This document shows positions 1 to 8,712 of a stretch of DNA of 53,084 nucleotides, piece by piece. The stretch is from contig JANYGD010000117.1 of the NCBI GenBank assembly GCA_025359405.1, forward strand, positions 1 through 53,084. The letters are read 5' to 3'. Position 1 is the first letter of the stretch. Every line of letters begins with the position of its first letter. Below the pieces are notes generated by a model, which saw only the letters and a list, made by a program, of their open reading frames with translations, made no database searches and was not told the origin of the DNA. The DNA comes from Methylotenera sp. Lineage in GTDB: Bacteria > Pseudomonadota > Gammaproteobacteria > Burkholderiales > Methylophilaceae. A program made the position numbers and the translations under genes.

Positions 1-650
1 TCACGATCAATTTCTCGCCCACCGAAATTAGATAAAAGTTGCGTTTTCATTTGGCAATCGATCATGCCAACAGCTTGATGTTTAAGATGATTCACCAAAT
101 GTACAAACGCGACTTTTGAGGCATCGGTAACGTGATGAAACATGCTTTCGCCATAAAACATATTACCGATTTTAACGCCGTAGCAGCCGCCAACTAGTTG
201 GTTATCCAGCCAACTTTCGGCGCTGATTGCGAAGCCAAGTTGATGCAGTTCACAATATGCTTCAATCATTTCAATCGTAATCCACGTGCTTGCTTGTTCA
301 TCTCTCGGCGTTTCGCTACAAGCAGTCATTACTTCTCGAAAAGCCGTATTAAAACGTACTTCAAATGCTTGTTTTTTAAGGGTTTTTTTAAGTGATGCGG
401 AGATTTTCAACTCGTCTGGAAACAAGACCATACGCGGGTTTGGGCTCCACCACATGATGGGTTCGTTCGCATTAAACCAAGGAAAAATGCCTTGTTTGTA
501 AGCACTTAAAAGGCGCGCTACAGATAAATCACCCCCGATGGCGATTAAGCCATTTGGCTCTGTTAGTGCAAGTGATAATGACGGAAAAGCGCAATCGCCC
601 TCAATCGCCGCAACGCGGCCATTTGGAAGTTGATAATAGCCAACGCTCAA
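1..650 (-). CDS. aat: Leucyl/phenylalanyl-tRNA--protein transferase (partial, runs off the window start)
   Basis: Not in the ORF track. Manual reverse-strand translation from TTG at 650 gives ...FPSLSLALTEPNGLIAIGGDLSVARLLSAYKQGIFPWF...WWSPNPR, the L/F-transferase N-terminal signature. Confidence 0.93.
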   Translation of the reverse strand, partial: MSVGYYQLPNGRVAAIEGDCAFPSLSLALTEPNGLIAIGGDLSVARLLSAYKQGIFPWFNANEPIMWWSPNPRMVLFPDELKISASLKKTLKKQAFEVRFNTAFREVMTACSETPRDEQASTWITIEMIEAYCELHQLGFAISAESWLDNQLVGGCYGVKIGNMFYGESMFHHVTDASKVAFVHLVNHLKHQAVGMIDCQMKTQLLSNFGGREIDR

Positions 651-651
651 T

Positions 652-1371
652 CTAGATGAGCATCCACAAAGCCATGCCCGCCATCAGCAAATCTTCAATA
701 ATAGTGACGGTGGTCATGGGCAAATTAAAGCCTGTGCCCAAACAGGCGCAGCGGATTTTTTGCTTGTTCATCACCGCCAAAATCACGCCGATGCTGGAAA
801 AAGTCATTACAATTAAGGTAATAGCATTTGCAAGCATCGGCCTGTAGTCCAATAGATATAAGGTGCCTAGCCCAAGCTCAATAAATGGATAAATGAATCC
901 ATAAGCATAAACGCGTTTGGCCAGTAAATCGTACATGGCATAACTGCTAGCGAAACCTGCCAAGTCGAGTAGTTTAAAAAACGAAAATACTAAGAAAAAA
1001 CCTGCCATAAAATTGGGCATAAAACGATGTAAAACAAAATTGCCACTTGCCGCTTCAATCGCTAAAGTCACCAGCAAAATATAGAAAAATACGAGTATCA
1101 GCGGCTTGTAAGTCGTTAAAAATGACTTTGAGTCTTCACTATTTTTTACATTGCTTGCAGACAAAATCTCTGCGCCAATTTGATAATTACCCACGTTTTT
1201 TAAAATCGTATTCAGTGTATCAACATTATCTTTTTGGCCTGTAAGCGTTACCTGTGGCGGCTTAAGCGTAACTTCAACAAAATCCGCATGCGGCGCTAAA
1301 GCAGCTTGTACTTTGGCAACGCAGTTGTTGCAAGTGAGGCCGGTTATAGAGTAAATTGTGTGTGTTTTCAT
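652..1371 (-). CDS. HMA domain fused to a MauE/DoxX-like membrane domain
   Basis: N-terminal GLTCNNC (CxxC metal-binding loop), then several TM helices and a CACLG motif typical of MauE-like proteins. Confidence 0.8.
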   Translation of the reverse strand: MKTHTIYSITGLTCNNCVAKVQAALAPHADFVEVTLKPPQVTLTGQKDNVDTLNTILKNVGNYQIGAEILSASNVKNSEDSKSFLTTYKPLILVFFYILLVTLAIEAASGNFVLHRFMPNFMAGFFLVFSFFKLLDLAGFASSYAMYDLLAKRVYAYGFIYPFIELGLGTLYLLDYRPMLANAITLIVMTFSSIGVILAVMNKQKIRCACLGTGFNLPMTTVTIIEDLLMAGMALWMLI

Positions 1372-1500
1372 AGCATTACCATATTTTGTAAAATCGGTGT
1401 AAGCTCTAATTTAAGCCATAAATAAATAATGGTCAGAGTAATATTAAAAGTATAAAACTATAAAGTTTAGATAATAAATTTTCCGAGGAGTTTTTATTTT

Positions 1501-1710
1501 ATGAACACTATATATAAAAAAACGCTAAAAGGGGTTGAGGAGACCTCATTGCGTAGCCAAGGTTTGCAATTAAAGTTTCGCGAATACTTAAAATTGGTGG
1601 ATGGCGTGAAATCTGCGGATGAAATCCAGCGCGAAAATCCCAGTTTGCAAGAAGTGGATACGGCATTAATGGTATTAAAAGACGAAGGCTATATAGAAGT
1701 TTTGCATTAA
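1501..1710 (+). CDS. Small hypothetical protein, probably winged-helix-like
   Basis: ATG with GAGGAG upstream. IYKKTLKG...LVDGVKS...EGYIE resembles a small domain common in betaproteobacteria (recalled, not searched). Confidence 0.6.
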   Translation: MNTIYKKTLKGVEETSLRSQGLQLKFREYLKLVDGVKSADEIQRENPSLQEVDTALMVLKDEGYIEVLH

Positions 1711-1776
1711 AATATAGTAAAAATAAACACCATAAGTCTTTGTAATTTAATGAAAAGTGCGTAGAATGCGCGCCTT

Positions 1777-3960
1777 ATGGAAGTTTATACCAATAACCTA
1801 GCTAAACCTATTCACAGCTATCGTCCGTATTGGGCGAAACGCTTTGGTACTGCGCCTATGTTGCCAATGACGCGCGCCGAGATGGGCGCGCTGGGTTGGG
1901 ATTCTTGCGACATTATTTTGGTCACCGGCGATTGCTATATCGACCACCCCAGCTTTGGCATGGCGCTAGTTGGGCGCTTGCTTGAAGCGCAGGGTTTCCG
2001 TGTCGGTATTATCGCGCAGCCAGATTGGCAAAATGCCAGTGCTTTCAAGGCGCTTGGGAAGCCTAATCTCTACTTCGGTATCACCGCCGGCAATATGGAT
2101 AGCATGGTCAATCGCTATACCGCCGACCGTAAAATTCGCAGCGACGATGCATATACTCCCGATGCCGCGCCCAATAAAAGGCCAGACCGTGCAGTTTTAG
2201 TCTATTCGCAACGTTGTCGCGAAGCCTATTCGCAAGTGCCGTTGGTTATCGGCAGTATCGAAGCCAGTTTGCGCCGCATCGCGCATTACGATTATTGGAG
2301 CGACAAAGTGCGCCGCAGTATTTTGGTGGATTCTAAAGCTGATATTCTGATTTACGGTAATGCTGAGCGCGCGCTGGTTGAGTTAAGTCACCGCATCGCC
2401 AAAGGCGATAAAATAAGCGACATTCAAGATGTTCGCGGTACGGCTTTTTTACGCAAAAATATTCCTGAAGGCTGGAGCGAAGTTGAAAGTACCAAATTAG
2501 ACCGCCCAGGCACGATTGATAAAGCCATAGATCCGTACGAAATGAAAATGGGCAAGGCCGATGCCAGTTGTGCGACTGAAGATAGCAAGCCAAAACTGCC
2601 AGAGGGCACAAAAGCCATTGAGATTGTGGTTAATACACGATTAAAAGCACCTAAAGCCGATAGAAGCAAGCAAGTGGTACGTTTACCGGCGTATGAAGAA
2701 GTCTCGCAAGACCCAGTGTTGTATGCCCATGCTTCGCGCGTACTGCACCTAGAGGCCAACCCGGGCAATGCGCGCGCACTGGTGCAAAAGCATGGTGACC
2801 GCGAAGTGTGGCTTAACCCGCCGCCGATTCCGCTCACCACCAAAGAGATGGATTACGTGTACGACATGCCCTATGCGCGCAAACCTCACCCCATCTACAA
2901 AAACGCCAAAATTCCCGCCTGGGAGATGATACGGTTTAGTGTGAACATCATGCGCGGCTGCTTTGGTGGCTGCACGTTTTGCAGTATTACCGAGCACGAA
3001 GGCCGCATTATTCAAAGCCGCTCTGAGGAATCAATACTCAAAGAAGTTGAAGAAATTCGCGATAAAGTAGATGGCTTTACCGGCATCATTTCAGATCTCG
3101 GCGGGCCAACTGCCAATATGTACCGCATTGCCTGCAAAAGTGAAAAAATCGAGCAAGCTTGCCGCAAACTAAGCTGCGTTTACCCGGGTATTTGCGAGAA
3201 TTTGAATACCGATCACAGCGCGCTGATTCAGCTTTACCGCAAAGCCCGCGCCATTAAAGGCGTTAAGAAGATTTTGATTGGCTCTGGATTGCGTTACGAT
3301 TTGGCGGTGAAATCGCCGGAATACGTGAAAGAGCTAGTGCAACATCACGTCGGCGGCTACTTAAAAATCGCGCCGGAACACAGCGAAGAAAACGTGTTGA
3401 GCAAAATGATGAAGCCGGGCATGGGCGCATACGATGAATTTAAAGCCATGTTCGAGAAATTTAGCGCCGAGGCAGGCAAAAAGCAGTACCTCATTCCTTA
3501 TTTCATCGCCGCGCACCCGGGCACTACGGATGAAGACATGCTGAATTTAGCGCTGTGGTTGAAAAAGTACGATTTTAGGCTAGACCAAGTGCAGAACTTT
3601 ACGCCCACGCCGATGGCGATGGCGACGGCCATGTATCACAGCGGCAAAAACCCGCTACGTAAAGTCACGGTGGATTCCGAGAACGTGCCGATTCCCAAGG
3701 CGGGCGGCGTGCGCAAGCTGCACAAGGCGTTTATTCGCTACCACGACCCCGCCAATTGGCCGATGTTGCGTGAAGCGCTAAAACGCATGGGACGTGAAGA
3801 TTTGATCGGCAATAGCAGAAAACACTTGATACCGGCGTTTCAGCCCGCAGTAATGGGCGCCGTGCGGCAATCGGATGGCAGTACGTTTAAGCCGAAAGTA
3901 TTGCCGAAAAGTTTCAACCAAATGAAAAACCCTGCACGTCCGGCACGTGGGCGTAAGTAA
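1777..3960 (+). CDS. ygiQ: YgiQ-family radical SAM protein
   Basis: 727 aa with [12 protein letters not shown]-terminal motif, CFGGCTFC (CxxxCxxC), [10 protein letters not shown] and YFIAAHPG. Confidence 0.93.
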   Translation: MEVYTNNLAKPIHSYRPYWAKRFGTAPMLPMTRAEMGALGWDSCDIILVTGDCYIDHPSFGMALVGRLLEAQGFRVGIIAQPDWQNASAFKALGKPNLYFGITAGNMDSMVNRYTADRKIRSDDAYTPDAAPNKRPDRAVLVYSQRCREAYSQVPLVIGSIEASLRRIAHYDYWSDKVRRSILVDSKADILIYGNAERALVELSHRIAKGDKISDIQDVRGTAFLRKNIPEGWSEVESTKLDRPGTIDKAIDPYEMKMGKADASCATEDSKPKLPEGTKAIEIVVNTRLKAPKADRSKQVVRLPAYEEVSQDPVLYAHASRVLHLEANPGNARALVQKHGDREVWLNPPPIPLTTKEMDYVYDMPYARKPHPIYKNAKIPAWEMIRFSVNIMRGCFGGCTFCSITEHEGRIIQSRSEESILKEVEEIRDKVDGFTGIISDLGGPTANMYRIACKSEKIEQACRKLSCVYPGICENLNTDHSALIQLYRKARAIKGVKKILIGSGLRYDLAVKSPEYVKELVQHHVGGYLKIAPEHSEENVLSKMMKPGMGAYDEFKAMFEKFSAEAGKKQYLIPYFIAAHPGTTDEDMLNLALWLKKYDFRLDQVQNFTPTPMAMATAMYHSGKNPLRKVTVDSENVPIPKAGGVRKLHKAFIRYHDPANWPMLREALKRMGREDLIGNSRKHLIPAFQPAVMGAVRQSDGSTFKPKVLPKSFNQMKNPARPARGRK

Positions 3961-3962
3961 GA

Positions 3963-4008
3963 TTTTCCCCTCTCTCATTTTCAAGGGGAGAGGGCTAGGG
4001 TGAGGGGT
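3963..4008 (+). repeat. BoxC-like CCCTCTC...GAGAGGG palindromic repeat, copy 1
   Basis: Hairpin CCCTCTC/GAGAGGG plus G-rich tail. The 26 nt AAGGGGAGAGGGCTAGGGTGAGGGGT (3983-4008) is identical to 4310-4335. Confidence 0.85.
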
Positions 4009-4020
4009 AGTCCTCTCAGC

Positions 4021-4049
4021 CGTCATTCCGTACTTGATACGGAATCCAG
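4021..4049 (+). repeat. CGTC-tagged REP-like palindrome (single copy)
   Basis: CGTC-ATTCCGTA-CTTGA-TACGGAAT-CCAG. Same frame (GTCATT..G...CGGAATC.AG) as the pair at 23700-23768. Confidence 0.8.
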
Positions 4050-4065
4050 TGGCTTTTAGATACAA

Positions 4066-4263
4066 GTCGGGGGTAGCCCGACGGCTAATCACTTTCTTTT
4101 GTTTGTGCAAAAGAAAGTAATCAAAGAAAATCACACCCCGCTGCCGCTTCATCCTTCGGTCTTAGCGCGGCGACTGGGGCGGCTGCGGAACTCGGATTTT
4201 CAATCCTCAAACAGTCCTCGCCGCCTACCATCTGCCTCTCAAGCCGAAGGCGCGGCAAGGGGT
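4066..4263 (+). other. ~200-nt highly structured intergenic element (MITE-like repeat or ncRNA)
   Basis: Stems read directly: GTCGGG/CCCGAC; ACTTTCTTTTG/CAAAAGAAAGT; nested CCCC-TGCCGC-CCTTCGG-GGCGGC pairing with GCCGCC-CCGAAGG-GCGGCA-GGGG. Confidence 0.6.
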
Positions 4264-4291
4264 TTGGAAAACCATGCGAGCACCGCCATTA

Positions 4292-4335
4292 TTTCCCTCT
4301 CCCATTTTTAAGGGGAGAGGGCTAGGGTGAGGGGT
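4292..4335 (+). repeat. BoxC-like palindromic repeat, copy 2 (direct orientation)
   Basis: CCCTCTCCC-ATTTTTAAG-GGGAGAGGG hairpin plus the same 26-nt tail as copy 1. Abuts the stop codon of the 4336-4704 gene. Confidence 0.85.
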
Positions 4336-4704
4336 TTATTGCAACCACGCCACCAACGCCGCGCAGCCAAGCACCGCCAGCGGCGCTGCCCACATGTGTA
4401 AAAAGGTGGGAATATAAGCCAGTTGAGGGTTCGCGGGCAGGTAGCGCACGGGCACTTGCTCGCCTTGCGTCGGTTTTGGGTAGGCGTGGCCTGCCACCGC
4501 GGTAAATTGGTGCGCTTGGCCGTTTTCATCCTTAAAAATCACCACAGCTTTATAAAACACCGTGTCGTCCATCTCGCTTTTGAGGTGATTAGTCACCGTG
4601 CCAAGCGTGGATTTGTCGCGCAACCACACGTTAAGGCGGCGCAAAAGCAGCCAAAGCGCGAAAAAATTGCACAGCACACCCACAATGGCACAATACGTTT
4701 TCAT
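4336..4704 (-). CDS. DUF3592-like membrane protein
   Basis: N- and C-terminal TM helices around a beta-rich core with GTV...F.DENGQ...GEQVPVRYLPANP. GAGGA RBS upstream. Confidence 0.75.
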   Translation of the reverse strand: MKTYCAIVGVLCNFFALWLLLRRLNVWLRDKSTLGTVTNHLKSEMDDTVFYKAVVIFKDENGQAHQFTAVAGHAYPKPTQGEQVPVRYLPANPQLAYIPTFLHMWAAPLAVLGCAALVAWLQ

Positions 4705-4726
4705 GGTTAAGTCCTCACGGTTGTTC

Positions 4727-4755
4727 GGCGGATTATGCAGGTTAGTCCGACTTGC
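4727..4755 (-). repeat. Degenerate GTAG-type REP-like palindrome
   Basis: Minus strand GCAAGTCGGACTAACCTGCATAATCCGCC, an imperfect 9-bp stem resembling GTAGGTCGGATTA...TAATCCGAC REPs. Confidence 0.45.
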
Positions 4756-4763
4756 GAGTTACA

Positions 4764-5039
4764 TCAGCACTTATAAACTTCAAAATAAACCAAAATTGCC
4801 GTAAGAATTACCAATACAAAGGTTAAAGCGAAAAGACCCCACGTCAGTTTTTTTATTACTTTTTCTTCCTTTTGAAGTGCGTCTTTTAGCCTAAGATATG
4901 ATTCAATGACTCCAAACATATCTAAGGTCCCTCCTGCTTTTACTAGGTCTGTATCCGGCAACTTTCTAAGCTTTTCGATATCGTCATCGCTTAATTTTGA
5001 CAAGTCTTTGCCAAAGAAATCTTTTAGCTCTTTATTCAT
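4764..5039 (-). CDS. Hypothetical 91-aa protein with C-terminal TM helix
   Basis: ATG start, AT-rich, Lys/Asp-rich N-terminus and a hydrophobic C-terminal segment. Fills the gap between its neighbours. Confidence 0.6.
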   Translation of the reverse strand: MNKELKDFFGKDLSKLSDDDIEKLRKLPDTDLVKAGGTLDMFGVIESYLRLKDALQKEEKVIKKLTWGLFALTFVLVILTAILVYFEVYKC

Positions 5040-5092
5040 ATAAACCCTAATATTGTGTGTACACTAAAATAATAATCTAAATTTGTATTAGG

Positions 5093-5187
5093 CTAAATTA
5101 ATTCATTTTCACTCAACCACCGCCATTCGCCTTGTTTCAAGTCTTCCGGTAGTTTGAGCGCGCCAATTTGGATGCGTTTTAAGCCTT
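5093..5187 (-). pseudogene. Stranded duplicate 3' end of the RsuA-family gene (30 codons plus stop)
   Basis: Translates GLKRIQIGALKLPEDLKQGEWRWLSENELI* versus GLKRIQIGELKLPDNLAVGEWRWLSANDMARLSPS* in the intact gene. 25 nt are identical (5163-5187 = 6292-6316). Confidence 0.92.
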
Positions 5188-5192
5188 TTTGG

Positions 5193-6128
5193 CTATAACG
5201 GCAACCCCAATAATCGCATAAACGCTTCCACCTTATCGGTATAAGTACTAGTCAAGCCTAAATTTTCGTTAATTTCACTATGTGACATGTTTTCTGGTAG
5301 CAGACTTGCCTGTGTGCCCAGCGAAGTGGCTTTATCAATGAAGGCTTGGGCTTGCACGCAGGGTTGGTCTTTTCTTTTTGTAGAACAGACAGCCAGCATT
5401 GGAACGGTTTTTTGAGTGAGTTGATAACTAGGTGAGGTATTTTGCCAAAATTTAGTATCGGTGCCGAAAGCTTGGTCATACAGTGGGAAATGTTTAGACG
5501 ACATGGTTTTTTCAATGCCATAGCCGCCGCTATCTAGCATCACAGTGCCTAACCAAGGCTGTGCGCCTTGTTGTTTGGCTATGGTGGGGCTTGCAGTAAT
5601 CAGCGCGACCAAATGCGCGCCGGCCGAGTGCCCTATGATGATAAAGTGTTTGCTATCACCACCCCAATTTGGCGCGAGTGCTTGCGCTTTGGCAAGCGCT
5701 AAAGCGACGTCGTTGGCTTGTACGAGCGGATTGGCTGCTGGCAGCATGCGGTAATTCACGGAAACAAAGATAATACCCTTAGGTAGCCAGCGATTTGCTT
5801 TGTTTTCTACCACGCGACTCATGGCCTTATCACCTCTACGCCATCCGCCCCCATGCACCATGAGGACGACAGGCGCATTGTGGGCATTTTGTGGAATATA
5901 AACATCAAAGTGCTGCGCTTTATCTGTGCCGTAAGCGATGTCGCGCTGCACCGTGGCATTTTCTGGCGTAAAGACATTGTTGGCGTTCTCGTCTCCTTTA
6001 TCCATTTCATCGACGTTCTGACGATTTGCTATTCGTTCTGCAATACGCTCTCGGATTGTTTGTGAGAAGGTGTTTTGGCTGGTAAAAATCAACAGGAGTA
6101 CGATGAAGTAAATACTCGGTTTTTTCAT
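5193..6128 (-). CDS. Secreted alpha/beta hydrolase (esterase/lipase, HSL/BD-FAE-like)
   Basis: Signal peptide, HGGGW oxyanion motif, GHSAG nucleophile elbow and a C-terminal His (MSHSEIN). Confidence 0.88.
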   Translation of the reverse strand: MKKPSIYFIVLLLIFTSQNTFSQTIRERIAERIANRQNVDEMDKGDENANNVFTPENATVQRDIAYGTDKAQHFDVYIPQNAHNAPVVLMVHGGGWRRGDKAMSRVVENKANRWLPKGIIFVSVNYRMLPAANPLVQANDVALALAKAQALAPNWGGDSKHFIIIGHSAGAHLVALITASPTIAKQQGAQPWLGTVMLDSGGYGIEKTMSSKHFPLYDQAFGTDTKFWQNTSPSYQLTQKTVPMLAVCSTKRKDQPCVQAQAFIDKATSLGTQASLLPENMSHSEINENLGLTSTYTDKVEAFMRLLGLPL

Positions 6129-6206
6129 GGTAGTTGCCCTTTTGAAAGTATGCTATTGCCCAACGTATCAGACGTGAATTTGATGACAGCCCTTCGAGTA
6201 ATTACT

Positions 6207-6923
6207 TTAACTTGGGCTAAGTCTTGCCATATCATTTGCACTCAGCCAGCGCCACTCGCCAACAGCCAAATTATCAGGTAGTTTTAACTCACCAATTTGG
6301 ATGCGTTTTAAGCCTTCCACACGGTTACTAATTGCGGCGATCATGCGTTTGACTTGGTGGTATTTGCCTTCCGCCAGCGTCATGTGAATGACGTGCTCGC
6401 TGACTTGTTCCACGGCAAGGGCGGCAATGGTTTGGTCTTCATCCACCAATTTTATCCCGTTGAGAAGCGCATGGATATTGGCTTGCAGGACAGGGTGTTT
6501 GCACGTGACTTCATACACTTTTGGTACTTTGTGTTTGGGCGAGCTCATTTTATGAATAAATTGCCCGTCGTCGGAAATCAAAATCAAGCCGGTGGTGTCT
6601 TCGTCCAGCCGCCCGATGCACTGCACGCCGCGTTCTACCAGTGGGTGCGGCAACAGGCTGTAAATGGTCGGGTGGTGCTGGGTTTTGTGCGAGCACTCGT
6701 AATTGCTGGGTTTGTGCAGCATCAGGTAAGATTTTTCGCGGTAATCCCAAGGCTCATTTTTTACTGTAAATTTTAAATTTTCCAGTGAAAGTTCTGTGTC
6801 AGGGTCATCGCACATTTCGCCATTTACCGTGATTTCTTCATTAATAATCATAATGCGGCATTGCTTGCGCGTGCCAAAGCCTTGTTTGCTGAGGATACGT
6901 TCCAGATCAAGTTTTTTTGCCAT
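6207..6923 (-). CDS. rsuA: RsuA-family rRNA pseudouridine synthase
   Basis: S4 domain, LHKP, GRLDEDTTGL catalytic motif and EGKYHQVKRM. Start placed at ATG 6923 rather than 6941. Confidence 0.88.
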   Translation of the reverse strand: MAKKLDLERILSKQGFGTRKQCRIMIINEEITVNGEMCDDPDTELSLENLKFTVKNEPWDYREKSYLMLHKPSNYECSHKTQHHPTIYSLLPHPLVERGVQCIGRLDEDTTGLILISDDGQFIHKMSSPKHKVPKVYEVTCKHPVLQANIHALLNGIKLVDEDQTIAALAVEQVSEHVIHMTLAEGKYHQVKRMIAAISNRVEGLKRIQIGELKLPDNLAVGEWRWLSANDMARLSPS

Positions 6924-6945
6924 GTGCGTATTATAAGGCACAAAT

Positions 6946-6970
6946 AAAAACGCCCACTCACCGTGGGCGT
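6946..6970 (-). terminator. Intrinsic terminator of aqpZ
   Basis: ACGCCCAC/GTGGGCGT 8-bp stem with a 5-nt loop, followed by a U-run on the minus strand, 20 nt after the aqpZ stop. Confidence 0.75.
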
Positions 6971-6990
6971 CGTGTTAATAATTTTGCGGA

Positions 6991-7683
6991 CTAGTCTTTT
7001 TTAGCAACAAAGTTATACACCAGTGCGCCGATGATGCCGCCGATGATAGGTGCTACCCAAAACAACCAAAGTTGTTGCAGATAAATGCCGCCTGCAAACA
7101 GCGCTTGGCCTGTGCTACGTGCTGGGTTGACAGAGGTATTGGTCACCGGAATGCTAATTAAGTGAATGAGTGTGAGCGTTAAACCAATGGCAAGCGGCGC
7201 TAAGCCGGCAGGCGCGCGGGCGTCAGTTGCACCCATAATGATGAACAGAAACACGGCAGTCATTACCACTTCGCACACAAATGCGGCGTGTAGTGCATAA
7301 CCATGCGGGGACGCTTCACCATAACCATTCGCCGCAAAGCCGCCTAAGGAAAAGCCTGCTTGCCCACTGGCGATGCACCAGATAATGGATGCGGCTAAAA
7401 TAGCGCCTAACACTTGCGCAATGATGTAATGCGGTAATTCGCTGGATTTGAATCTACCGCCCGCCACTAAGCCAATAGATACGGCAGGGTTGAGATGGCA
7501 GCCTGAAATATGGCCGATTGCGTAGGCCATCGTCACCACAGTTAAACCGAAGGCAAAAGAAACGCCTAAATAGCCAATGCCTAAATCTGGTATGCCAGCC
7601 GACAAGACTGCGCTGCCGCAACCGCCCAACACCAGCCAAAAAGTACCGATTAATTCTGCTAAAGCACGTTTAGTTAATGACAT
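6991..7683 (-). CDS. aqpZ: Aquaporin Z
   Basis: [11 protein letters not shown] and [11 protein letters not shown] motifs. 230 aa, MIP topology. Confidence 0.96.
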   Translation of the reverse strand: MSLTKRALAELIGTFWLVLGGCGSAVLSAGIPDLGIGYLGVSFAFGLTVVTMAYAIGHISGCHLNPAVSIGLVAGGRFKSSELPHYIIAQVLGAILAASIIWCIASGQAGFSLGGFAANGYGEASPHGYALHAAFVCEVVMTAVFLFIIMGATDARAPAGLAPLAIGLTLTLIHLISIPVTNTSVNPARSTGQALFAGGIYLQQLWLFWVAPIIGGIIGALVYNFVAKKD

Positions 7684-7800
7684 TTGAAGCCTCCCTAGGT
7701 TTTTAATTTTTTAGTTAAAGCAGAAATAATTTACGCTAAATTAGGCGGGATAACAAGCGGCTTAAGTTAGAATATGGGTTAAATAATTTTTGGCCAAATA

Positions 7801-8589
7801 ATGAGCTTTAAACATATAGTCTCGCGCGACAATCCAATTTTTAAACATCTTAAAAAACTGTCTGAAAACGCGCGTGAGCGCCGCGCAGAGGGCAAAACAT
7901 TGCTCGACGGCGTGCATTTAATCGAGGCTTACGTACAAGCTTTTGGCGAGCCTGAACTCGTCATTATCCCTGAAGGTAAAAGCTCGCTCGAAGCGACGCA
8001 ACTCATGCAGCAGCTTGAGCATGTCAACACCATCATGTTCCCCACTCTGATGTTTGCAGAACTTACGCCAGTGGCAAGCAGCACGGGTATTTTGGCGTTG
8101 GTGGCCATTCCAAAAATCGGGCCGCAAATTGCGCCGCCAAATGAGGTGAAATTTGCTTTGATGCTGGAAGACATTCAAGACCCTGGCAATTTAGGCAGCA
8201 TGCTGCGCACTGCGCTGGGCGCGGGGGTTGACGCGGTGTATTTAAGCAAAGGCTGCACCGATGTCTGGTCGCCCAAAGCCTTGCGCGGGGGTCAAGGGGC
8301 GCAGTTTAACTTGCCGATTTTTGAAGGCATGAATATTGTAGAAGCTATGCAAAACTTTGCAGGGAATACTTACGCGACGACCTTGGATGGTGAATCGCTC
8401 TACGCACAAGATTTAAGCAAACCGACCGCATTTGTGATTGGCAACGAGGGTGCGGGATTGAGTGCTACGGCGCTTCAGGCGGCGAGCCACCAAATCAGCA
8501 TTCCCATGCATCAAAATTTGGAATCACTCAATGCAGCGGCTGCGACGGCGGTATGTTTGTTTGAGCGTGCGCGACAAATGGTTCGTTGA
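7801..8589 (+). CDS. TrmH/SpoU-family RNA methyltransferase
   Basis: IQDPGNLG, IGNEGAG and ESLNAA SPOUT motifs. Confidence 0.92.
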   Translation: MSFKHIVSRDNPIFKHLKKLSENARERRAEGKTLLDGVHLIEAYVQAFGEPELVIIPEGKSSLEATQLMQQLEHVNTIMFPTLMFAELTPVASSTGILALVAIPKIGPQIAPPNEVKFALMLEDIQDPGNLGSMLRTALGAGVDAVYLSKGCTDVWSPKALRGGQGAQFNLPIFEGMNIVEAMQNFAGNTYATTLDGESLYAQDLSKPTAFVIGNEGAGLSATALQAASHQISIPMHQNLESLNAAAATAVCLFERARQMVR

Positions 8590-8712
8590 AAGTGCAAAGT
8601 TTTTCATTTGAAGTATTTTAACATTTGCAAGAGCTAAAAAGTTCAGTTAAGCTCTGCTTAGAGCTGCAAGCGAAGAAGTTAAATTAAGAAGACATTGGGC
8701 GCAAAATAAATA

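Noticed and set aside
198-501. Plus-strand ORFs 198-395 and 286-501
   Set aside because: Antisense shadows of aat, which occupies the minus strand.
3778-4311. ORFs 3778-4152 (-) and 4099-4311 (+) as proteins
   Set aside because: They run through palindromic repeats and the ygiQ antisense strand, with no RBS or protein-like features.
3963-4335. CRISPR array or integron attC array
   Set aside because: Only two copies of the direct repeat, about 300 bp apart. No regular spacers, no cas or intI gene, and no RYYYAAC/GTTRRRY ends.
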